From positions 1 through 64,000 of the forward strand of contig JAAILG010000010.1 of the NCBI GenBank assembly GCA_012026655.1: 64,000 bases of DNA. The letters are read 5' to 3'. Under the pieces are notes generated by a model. That model saw nothing but the letters and a program-made list of their open reading frames with translations, had not been told where the DNA came from and searched no databases. The stretch's first letter is position 1. Every line of letters begins with the position of its first letter. Positions 24,197 to 35,100 of this stretch are shown here, piece by piece. The position numbers and the translations under genes are program-made. This DNA is from Hydrolagus affinis (lineage: Eukaryota).

Positions 24197-24680
24197 GAGG
24201 CCTGTAGCTCAGTGCTTAGAGCACTCGCCTTACAAGCAAGGGACTCGGGTTCAATCCCCGGTAGGGTAAAATAAAACCTTGGGCAAGTTTCCTTACTCCA
24301 CATGCCTAATAATAATCATCCCTCAAAAAAACATCAGTCATTTCAATCCACGACTGTTTGTGGGACGCCGCTGGACACGATTGGCTGCCGCGTTTCCCCC
24401 ACATATACACTGTCAATTCACTTCACTGTATATTCTGGCGACCAAAAGCAACGACAACAACAACTTAGATTTGTACGGCGCCCTCCATGCCGGACAGCGT
24501 CTCAGAGCACAGCCGCAAAGAAAGGTCTTTAGCTGAAAACAGGAAGAGACAGGGGTTAAGGCGAAGGGAGTTCCAGAGCCTCGCGAGGGGCGTAGTGGCT
24601 GAAGGCATGAAAAACGCAAGGCCAACCACCACCACCACCATCGTTATTATCATTGTGTTGTAGTATTATTATTATTGTTG
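24197..24680 (+). mobile_element. tRNA-derived SINE interrupted by an inverted L2 3' fragment (~24448-24625)
   Basis: tRNA-like head gtagctcagtgcttagagcactcgccttacaagc...ggttcaatccc with A/B boxes, Deu-like core, inverted L2 end, (tta)n tail. Confidence 0.8.
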
Positions 24681-24779
24681 CTGTCAATCGCAGGTCTGGC
24701 CCGAGCACAAACCCATCATCAACGGAGCTGAAACGAAGAGTCTCCAGACCAAGCTGGGAATGTACTGTGGCATCTCACC

Positions 24780-25550
24780 CACTCACAGCTGGGAGATGCC
24801 AGAGATAGGAGAGAGGGGGGGGCAGTGACCTCACCTCACTCTGGATGGCAAATAACACAACAGAGAGGGGGGGGGAGGAGGGGAGGCGCATGCGCAGCGA
24901 CAGCTCCAGACCAACCCACCCTCGGCCGGCGGTCCGGTCCCACCCCACCCCCCAAAAAGCCCCGTCTGATTGGCTCAAACAGCGAAACGTCAGAGGCGGG
25001 TCGCGCCGCGATTGGCTGAGCCGCCCGTTCATCAGCAGTTCGGTCGCGTCAATCAAGTCAGTCAGTGGCCGGCCACGCCCACCGCCGCTGGCGACGAAAC
25101 CCTGCCGCCCCTTTAAATGGCTGCGAAAGGTAATCAGAGAGAGAGAGACACACACACACACAGAGAATCCTGTGCAAACCACGGTTTGTAACATTGCCGT
25201 CCTCTCCGGCCACCGGCAGCTATTCTGTCACGGCCAGAGCGCAGCCCGGCCCATGAACTTGACTTACCCGCTGAGCGACCCGCGCCGCGGACCCGCCACC
25301 GACACCAGCATCCTCCGCACCGAACGGCTGATTCCAACCCGACCCGGCCCGGAAGAGCCGCCTCCCGGCTCCGTTCATTGGCTCTTTCCGCGCAGACTTT
25401 GGTGATACCGCCACCCCATTGGTCGGCTTCCCTGTCAATCATAGGGTGTCGCTGCCCCTGTGTGGCTCCGGTGGGCATCACGTGATTCCTCGTGGATCAT
25501 GTGATACTGTCCTTACAGGTAATAAACAGTGAAGCGCCGCCTAGTGGCTG
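24780..25550 (-). promoter_or_regulatory. AKTIP: CpG island / AKTIP promoter with non-coding first exon(s)
   Basis: Only strongly GC/CpG-rich region in the window; CCAAT boxes (~24968, ~25011, ~25377, ~25418), NRF1 GCGCATGCGC 24886-24895, E-box TCACGTGA 25478-25485, minus-strand donor CGG|GTAAGT at 25267. Confidence 0.8.
25534..25547 (-). promoter_or_regulatory. Candidate CTCF site at the CpG island edge
   Basis: Minus strand CCACTAGGCGGCGC matches the CTCF core; motif only. Confidence 0.5.
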
Positions 25551-26112
25551 AACTCTCGTCAAGCAGCTCCTGCACCAAACGCTATCCAGTACCTAAATGG
25601 GCAAAGCTTAAAGGAAATACATGTCTAGGTGACACTGTTATATATCTCCATACATATACATATGTATAATAAATTGGTCCCTCAAACTACGACTATTTGT
25701 GGGACACTACTGTGTGCAATTGGCTACTGTGTTTTTCCCATAAATCGTAATAAACAATAAACATACACTTTACAGAATATTCTGTGAAGCGCTTTGAGAC
25801 GTCTCGAAGGTGTGCTCAGGCACTACATCAAACACAAGGATATTTATTCTTTTTTTTCTGTGTTCACAACTTATCCGCATTGCAGCGTTCACTTCATTTT
25901 AATATTTACGAATTGGATTCCAACAGTTTATCTCTGGGATTCCCAAGTGTAGGTGGGATGCATGGAAATTCTCAGTTTGGTTTGGAATATCCTGAAGAAC
26001 GGTGATGGGTTTCTGCAGGGTCAGATATTCAGCTAACCTCCCTCATTTTAAAAAAAAAAGTCTGCTATGAAGCACTTTGAGGCTTCTTACTTTCAATGAA
26101 AATTGCTACATA

Positions 26113-26422
26113 AATAATAATCCTTGCATTTGATATAGCGCTGTTCATGTCTTCTAGACATCTCAAAGCGCTTCACAGAATATACTGTAAAGTGAATTGA
26201 CTGTATATATGTTGGCAAAATGCGGCAGCTAATTGTGCACAGCAGTGTCCCACAAACAGTCATGGATTGAAGTGACTAATTTATTATTGGTTTTTTTTGA
26301 GGGATTATTATCAGGTGTGTGGAGTAAGGAAACTTGCCCAAGGTTTCATCCTGACCTGCCAGAAATTGAGCTCTGGTCTCGTTTGCAAGGCAAGTTCTCT
26401 AACCACTGAGCTACAGGACTCC
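26113..26422 (-). mobile_element. Full-length tRNA-derived DeuSINE-like SINE
   Basis: Head (ggagtcctgtagctcagtggttag), core (tgtgggacactgctgtgcacaatt) and L2-like tail present; same family as 38883-39179, 42551-42890, 50370-50655. Confidence 0.85.
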
Positions 26423-27695
26423 ACAATGCAAAGGTATAATAAAATATCCATCCTATCATTTAATTTTTTTTGTGTGTGTTATATGCCTCTAGAAAATGTG
26501 GAACTCATCGCTGTCCAGGACTGTCCTGATGACTTATACTGCAGGAAGGACACAGGCAAATCTTAGATCATACCATTTGGGGTTTGAGGTGTTATATTGA
26601 GCTTGTAAAATGAACTGGAAATGTACGATTGAAAGCACTTGCAGCAACAACAACAACAATAAAATTACATTTCCAAAGCGCCTTTCACGTCGGGAGAATG
26701 TTGCAGTGGAAATAGTTTCACAATTTTATACAATGTTTAGTTTTAGCTTTAATAAACACTACAGTACATTTTGGGGAAATCAATGAATGGAGGGTAGGAA
26801 AGAAGTCAGAAAAATTGGGCTTTGTGTTGAAACCCGATGACAAGCATTGTGACATGCAATGAAGCAAAGATCCATTTTAGAAATGGAGACGCACCTAAAA
26901 TTGTTTGACAAATACTTTGCTGTAAAATTGATTTGACAGGAAAACTCAATCATTTCAAAAGTACAGAATATGAATTTACTGGTTTTCCTTATTCTCCCTT
27001 TTCAACCTTCAACCTGAACTCGTTCCCTCCACAGATAATATTGGCTAAAATACCTTTTGCACGAGAACCACAGAAACTATTGAATATTGTGGAGTGCTTG
27101 TGCATCTCAATCAAATCTCCATTCCCATTCTGTTCCCAAGAAAATACTTATTCAGTTAGTTCATACAGCATCAACCTCTTTTGTTGCGAGTCTGTATCCA
27201 CTGCACTGTGAGAGAAAAACATTGTGTGAGAAAAAACAGTGCTGCTTCAGGCTTTTTCATTTTAAATCTATGCCCTCAAGGTTTATTCTCAGTCTAAATC
27301 GAACAGAGAAAGGAAAATTCAAAGGCTTCAATGCAACAATTAAACCAACCCTTTTTAGGCTGCTATCCCACACCCTATCCCTGAACACTGATGCAATAGC
27401 AACACTGCATACAGCTATGATGTTGGCAGAAAGAGGAAAATAGCTTAGAGGTCGTTGCCAATAAAACTCCTCGGTGTATGTCACGAGGGAGAGGAAACTC
27501 CCAATCATCTAACAAAAACAACAATAAAATTACATTTGTAAATAATAATAATTCTTTGACTTGATATAGTGCCTTGCCTTATCACATCTTCTAGACATCT
27601 CGAGCCTTTCATGGCTGAGAGGACGTCCCAAGGTGCTAAACAGTTGAGGATCTTTTTAGGGTTTTAGTGCTTGGAGCGTTGAGAAGAATTAATCT

Positions 27696-28100
27696 ACAAC
27701 AACAACAAATTTACATTTATAGAGCGTCTTTCACATCGGGAGGACATCCAAGACTCTGAACAGTTAGATCGGGACCCGAGCGGGGGGGGGGAAGGGTCGG
27801 AGTAGGAGCAGGGGGAAGGAAAGTAGGAAAGGGGGGAGAGTTAGGAGGGCAGCAGAAGGCACAGTTGAAGAGGAAGGTCTTGAGACCAGCCTTGAAAGAG
27901 GAAGGGAGGAAGCGAGGCAAAAGGATTGCGGGATGGAGTTCCAGAGTGTGGGGGCAGAGAGGCTGAAAGCCCGGCCATCGATGATGAGGCGGTTCAGGTG
28001 GGGGACATGGAGCAGGCCAGAGCCCGCTGAACGGAGGGGACGGATAGGGAGACAGCGGGTCTTGAAAGTGAAGACGAGAATCTTGAATCTCGTGTAAATT
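27696..28100 (-). mobile_element. L2-like LINE 3' fragment including ORF2 C-terminus
   Basis: SSFKAGLKTFLFNCAF followed by C-rich 3'UTR and the gatgtgaaagacgctctataaatgtaaatttgttgttg tail. Confidence 0.8.
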
Positions 28101-28624
28101 CACTTATCTACAGTTCAATGTAAACGTTAAATTGCACCAATGTTGCAAAGAACGTGTTAGGCTCTCGTTTCAAGTGCTGGGAGGATTGGGGGGGAAATTG
28201 AATTGGGGGAAAAAAAGAGTCACTATACTGAGCTACAGAAGTCTATTTTTTTATAAGCACACAATTCATTTACTGTTATCCACTTGTGATTTGAATGAGT
28301 TTACATTAAAAATACAATAATATGAACACAGAGAGATAGACATACACAGACACTTGAACACAGACAATCTCAACAGTGGGGCCTCCGAGTGCAGAGAAGT
28401 CAATTTACCTCTTGACTGCACAGCACAACTACTGTAGCACCAACAGAACTATACAGCCGCATAGAGATGGACAGAGATAATGGAAAAGAAATGTAGGTGA
28501 TGGATTTTTAAAAAAAAATAATACAGCAACTGCAATCCTTCCGGATACTGAATCAATAAATTAAGTCCACATCTTGTACCTGTTAACACTGGCTTCCAAT
28601 TCTCTTAATTACTGTTGGTCAACT

Positions 28625-28757
28625 CAAGAGTTGGATTATGGGGATAAGGCGGGTTGGTGGAGTTAGACTAGAAGATCAGCCATGATCTTATTGAATGACT
28701 GGGTAGGCTCAAGGAGCCGAATGGCCTACTCCTGCTCCTAATTCTTATGTTCTTATG
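28625..28757 (+). mobile_element. CR1-like LINE 3' end
   Basis: gatcagccatgatcttattgaatg...ggctcaaggagccgaatggcctactcctgctcctaattcttatgttcttatg. Confidence 0.75.
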
Positions 28758-28869
28758 AGTTCTGCTGGAAGAGTAGTTTAAAAGTTATAAACCAATTAAA
28801 GCAGAAAGCTAAAACAGGCACACAACCTGGAAGTCGGGTTACCAGTTCATGTCCCACAATGGGATTTTA

Positions 28870-29110
28870 AACTCGTGGTCTGGGCTGACACTCCAGTGCT
28901 GGGGATCAGAAGGTTCATCCTTCAGTTAAGACATCAAAATATGGTCTCCTGCCTGTTTCTAGTGAAGGTTAAAGATCCCATGGCTCTGCCCCATAAGAGA
29001 AGGGAGTGTCTCCCAATATCCAGCCAACAATGTCCCAAATAAAAGTGATTATTAACTTCATCACTGTTTATGGGACATTGCTGTGCACAAATCGGCAGCC
29101 ATGTTCACCT
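28870..29110 (+). mobile_element. Old DeuSINE-type fragment
   Basis: ggctgacactccagtg...gttaaagatcccatggc...tgggacattgctgtgcacaaatcggcagcc; similar relics at 29500-29760, 37590-37760, 44310-44530, 57230-57410. Confidence 0.55.
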
Positions 29111-32100
29111 ACAAAATGAATAGTTTGAAATAATTTCTTGTTAAATATGGATTTAAAATGGATATGCAGACAATCTCATGATACATAACCTACAAAGCAG
29201 CCTATAAAAAAGGAACAATAACTGCTGTGGAAATGAGTTTAAGGTGATCATTCACCTGACATTCACAAATCACGCAAACTGGACTTTCGTACTTAATAAT
29301 GTCATCAAACAAGATTGATAGATTTAGGGCACAGTATCTTACTGCCAACCATCTATTATTTTATATATGCTACCGTATCCAATGAATGTATTGCTGTAGT
29401 GTATTCTAGTCTGGTTAAACTGTACATGATTTTGTCATGCAGTACAGTATTTGTAGGACATTGGTTCAACTGGAAAGTCACACATGCCTTATCCATCTTT
29501 TGAATGAGACATTGAACCGAGATCCATTTGCCTGTTCAGGTATTGCACTATTCAGAAAGAGAAATTAAGTTTCTTCCTGTATCCTGGCCAATAATCCCCC
29601 GGATAAAATTGATCATTTCATTCATAGCTGTTTGTGGGATGGTATGTACAATCGGCTGCTGCATGTGCCTACAAAACACATATTACAATAAATTCTGTGA
29701 AGAACCTCGAGATGTCCTTCTAACATGAAAGGCAATATCAAACGCAATGATTATTATTATTGGATGCAATAATGCATCTGTAGAAGATCAAGCCATTTTA
29801 TTCGGCTGAAGCAATGGGGCTGCAGGAGGTTTGCGGAATATGTCTACATTGTGCTGGGTGGTGCTGGATTGAGTTATTGACGTGTACTGGCACACGATTT
29901 CCTGGTTAGTCACATCCCTGGAAATAACACCATCCTGTCCTTCAAAACTAAATCATCGGTGGAAAAACACAACTTTGTCACAGTGTAAGTGGAGATGTAA
30001 GAAAGTTATGCAAAAATGACAAACTCTTGAAAACTGGGTTCTTGGTTTTTGGAAGGAAGGAGCTTTCATCCATCTGTCAGGGTTAGATCGGAACTCAAGT
30101 TCCAGAGACAAGCAAAAATACTCTTCTAACACATTGTTCACCTAGTCCTATTCCAGTGTGTTTGCAGATTTCTAACTGACTAACTCGAGTAGGAAAGCTG
30201 CTTAAATCCAAAATAATGAGCCACATTGATCCTTCTGCTGCAGCTGCCTCCCCAGTATTTACATATTCTGTAGATCTTTTTATGTCCTCGCTGTCACAAC
30301 ACATATCTGTCTGTGACTTCAGCTCTGAGATGTCGGATATGCTGTGTGCTACCACACAATGTAGACTTTGGTTTAGTGTGTGGATCAAGAACAATTGCAA
30401 GATAATCATTATTGTACAACGATCTGACAAAGTACTCCCACTGGAGACGGATGTAATCCAGCATTATTTTATATCACTCATCTTCCCGGAAAACTTTCAC
30501 CTTAGATTTAAATTTTCATTTATTTAAAATGGCAGTTAAAAAAAAAGTGCTTACTGCTTCCAAACACAATTGGGGTTGACACTTTGACGCAAGACTAAAA
30601 AAAAACAAGTCAATTCAGGCCCTGCTAATAAGTAATAATGATGTTAGCCTGTTTGAGAAGAATTTGCTTAAAATATAATATTAAATTTAGGTATGAGTGA
30701 CTGGAGAAGAGTCAAAGGCAAAAAGCAATTCTTCATATAGCAATAGTCTCTCTTCATCCCCTTGGGCATCTGCCTGACTTGCACCTCAGTACAGCAATTA
30801 TGTGGTATAATGACTGCAATGCAAATAAGTGATGAGATTTTATTAAACCAAATGAGCAAATCAACTGCACATTATTGCAATTTGATTGACAGTGACAAGT
30901 GTTGAGGATTCACAGATGTGAATGTGATAGACCAGTGCTCTCAAGGAAAGCTCTTGATAATGTTACTGTTGATAAAGTTAGTCTGCAAATCTCTCGGAGA
31001 AAATAAAGGGGATGATGATGCATATTAATTCATGTTGTTAGTAACCTGACAAAATGTCACGGAAATATTTCAATGGGCTATTTCTAGTCCTAATGATAAC
31101 TATTCCTTCTGATCTATGAAATGTTATATCATTCTTTAAGCTCCACAAGACACTGCAGATAAAAATAATAAAAATTACGCCAACAATATTTTGGATCACA
31201 TGTGATTGGCTTCCCTTATGAGGGCCTTGTGCGTTTCTTGAAAAAATGAAAGGATGTTCGCTGTACTCACTGTTAATTAAAAGATAAATGTGCTGAATCT
31301 TTCAATGGCTTCTTCTTTCATGAAATGAGTTATAACATTTAATATTTTTATTTTATCTAACCAGCAAAGGATGCTATGCGATTTGCTACTTTGCTATTTG
31401 CATATGCTATTTTTAAAGCAAGACAATTCTTTTTTGTTTGCCTGTCTGTGTAGTTTAAAAAAGTGTTCTAAAATATAACAGCTTTTGATAGTGTACTGTG
31501 CTCTTCTATTGTATAATAATAGTGAGTTGCTATAATTGGATAATTTCCCAAGGTCACATTGAACACAGTGGCCAAATACCAATAACATTCAATTAACAAA
31601 TTTGTTCAAAAGATATTAATATTTAGCAGATAGCGGAGAAATCATAAAAAATATTGTTTAAACATGGATTGTAAAATAACCATGGGCTCAATTTATATAA
31701 CTTTTTTTTAAACAAGTGGACGTTTTCATTTGCTCAATGCAAGCCATTTTCATATTGTGTTGACATTACATTTGGTCAGGGTCTCCTGATTGCTTTGCAT
31801 AATGACATAACTCCCATAGCTGGACATAATATATTTGACCTTCTGAGGAAAAGAATAGATTCAATATCAATAGCCCTTTGCCAAAGTCATAACATGTTAA
31901 TTGGGCAGTAGCATATGAGCACAAATACTACACCAGGAAACTGCGAATTGACCATTAGATTGAGATGTACGGCTTAAGTCCTTCGACTGACCTGCCTGTC
32001 CTCAATTCTTAGTACACACGCAAGTTCATCACTGTTTTTCAGTGACACCGATATATCAGTTATCACTGTCAAAACACAAGGCAAAAACAAAGAAAACCAT

Positions 32101-35100
32101 TTCATACAAATTAAGATCTAAAGTAATAAGTTTCTAATACAGTAGTATACTGTGATCTATTGGACTCCAGCTGGAAGTCATATCACAATATCAGTTTATG
32201 ACGTTAGAATCCATCATTTGACAATGTTAACATGAGAGATCTGGTCACATTTTTAAAAAATGGGATTTGCTCTAAAGATTTAACAAAAACATCATTAGTT
32301 TTAGCAATCAGTGTGCTGTAGGCCTTCTGCCCTGAGAGACTATAATAGATTATAGCTCATTCTCAGGTGTCCTTTTCTATATACAGTATTTAATTCAAAC
32401 TATTTTTAAAAAGCTATCATGTGTACATGTGACATTTTCATTTTAAACATAGGTATTGACAGGATCCCTCTTGTTCATTAAAGTTTAAAGGTTTTTTTCA
32501 GCTCTAGGAACAAATCATGTTTTCTTTTACATATGCTAAAAGACAGATCAAAAGTCTTCACTGAATATTACACAATTTCAAAATAATAATGGATAGCAGT
32601 TACCGTCTGCAAGCTCAGTAAGATTTATTTACTAATTTAGTTTTCTTCATCCTTGAGAAGTTTTCCATTTTAGGCTTCTTTCTTGTTGATTAGGATTTCT
32701 TCGGTGGTGCTTTTTCACTGACTTGTTTTGTTACGGTTAGAAACGTCTTGTCAGAGAATGCTGAACGGTTACAATGTACAGATACGTGCACTTCTATTTG
32801 AAGAGATTTCTGAAGGACATTGAGGATTGCAATTGACTATTATCGTTGGATGTTGCAATCTCACAGGGCAGAAGCTGGGTCAGCTCAGAAACACAAGCTC
32901 GAATAGTCTGGGTTCAGCCGTGCTCCTGGGTAACGATGATGAATTATACCAGGAAAGTGGCTCCAGGACCTGCTGAATACTCTCGTGGATTATGTTTGGT
33001 ACTAGTCTACCATCAGAGCAGCAGCGTCCCACAGTAATACTGATGTATCACGTCACTCATCACGTTGGGTGCTGCTGTACCATCAGAGAACTGTTGCAAG
33101 AAAAATGGAAATTACATAACGGTGACTATGTAATGGTACTTGCATGGTAGTAATGAGTTAGGTAGCTGGCATATATTTGGTTAATTATTCAGATTCTAAT
33201 CCCAATAATGTAGGTTGAACATTCATCCCTGATTTCCAGGGACTCTGCCTGGATGAGGTATTGTGTCCCTGGGGCTAAATTTGCCATCTTGAGTTCAGCA
33301 ACAAACTGAGTAAAAACAATAAAATTCTAAAGCAGATACACTCATCAGAGAAATACAGACATTAATCCAACACGCGTCTCCAGTCCTGCCAGTATTAGGA
33401 ATTGTGGGGAATTCTTTTTTTTAACGTGTGTCCCCAGATTTGGTTTTATCAAATATGCTCACCCTATCTAATGGAATATCTGCGACAAATCACTGGCTAG
33501 CAGAAATTAACCTGAACCGCCTCACTTAGGTCTTAAAATGTACAGACAATCAGAGAATCCCTCCCCACAATGTCTAAGTTTGTAATTGGAGAACAAGGCA
33601 AGACCACTGTGATTCTACTCGTAACCAGGTTGGCTTTATAGTTCTCTGGTAGCTGATAGTGGTATAGCAGAATGTATCCTTTGACACTGATAAATCCCAC
33701 AGATAATAATCAGAATAATAAATGTGAAACTGGCACAAACACATATAATTCTAAATCCTTTTACTTCCAACTATTATATCAACTTAGCTAGAAGCCGTGT
33801 ATTTTTAGAAAAAATGCCAATTTCCATGGTTTGTGGCAAAACTTTCAAAATTGTTTCCTTATGCATAGAAAAAGGGGCAGCAGTTTAGACTCCATGATGC
33901 CCAAGGATGATTTGCTGTTTATTGATCGGAGGTTCAGCAATTTGTTTCTCCAGCACATAACCAATCAAATGCAAGGATTATTATTATAAGTATCCAGAAT
34001 ATAATAAACAGCAATGCAAGATGGGAAACAGAGTCCTAGTTTCTTTGGAGAAATGAAAATTAGATAGTAAAAGTGAATGCTTTCATTACATTGGAAAAGT
34101 TGCACTATTCTTCTGTGATTTGTTATTTAAGGCAAAGTCAGTAGGATATATGTCAATTCCATTTTAAAAAGAAACCTCAGGGGCTCTATGTGATATCTGT
34201 GTCAATATGGTTGACAGAATGTGTATAGAATGAATAAGTCTTTTTTTTTAATTTTGAAGTTGATTAACTTCAACTAGTTTAAAAAAATATACAGTACTGT
34301 ATTTCAAAACCATACACAGCAATAATCAGACTATATAGTATTTGTGAAATCCAGATTTGCTTTTAAGTATATGGGTGAATAGGTGTTTGATACCAATGAA
34401 AGCTTCCTGATTGCCATCATAGTAAAACTATGCATAATGACTGTAATTCTGCAAATAATTTACCTTTGGACCACTAAGAGTTGCTCTCATCCTTTAAGTC
34501 TGTCTTAAGTGTGGCAACATTTGTATTGGCTGGCTATTCTGTAAATCTGCATGATATCATGCTTCTACCAGTTTTAACTTAGTCTGTTCAAATTAGTATC
34601 TCCTCACACTCACTCTCTGTGATTCAGGGAAGCTGGCTAAAATACAAATGTACTGAGGCCAGGCCTGCGTTAGTTTTGGGAAATCCAATACTGCTCCGAA
34701 AAAGCATAACCCAATTTCAGAATGTTATGAGGCATGCCTATATATAAGACTGAGCATTACTAAACCACAAGGGAAATATCAAAATTGCAGAAACAATTGC
34801 GGGCAAGTGAAAAATAGCAGCTCATTAATTAATCAACAAACTAGTCGCTAAAAATTGTCTGAAGCATCCGTACTAATCATTCTGTAGGACCCGCCCCCAG
34901 CCAAAGTGGTTTAATTCAGAATAAAGCACGAGTCTTACTTTTCATTCACCTGATTGCCCTTTTTGGAAAGTACTTCAGCCCCAGCATGGAAACTCACTTT
35001 ATAAAGACCAAGGACTCTGGCTTCAGTCACAATAAATATCTTGCATAGCATACTTAATTCAATGTTCAATTTATTTGCTTTGCCTCCTGAACTAAGTAGA

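Noticed and set aside
24197-24265. tRNA-Val-like sequence as a real tRNA gene (also 39110-39179, 42551-42632, 50585-50655)
   Set aside because: Always followed by the SINE core and tail, with no proper acceptor stem or oligo-T terminator; these are SINE heads
24775-25481. Long overlapping ORFs (139, 186 and 115 aa) at the CpG island
   Set aside because: Stop-poor frames are expected in GC-rich promoter DNA; low-complexity R/P/G content, no recognisable domain, and they run through microsatellites
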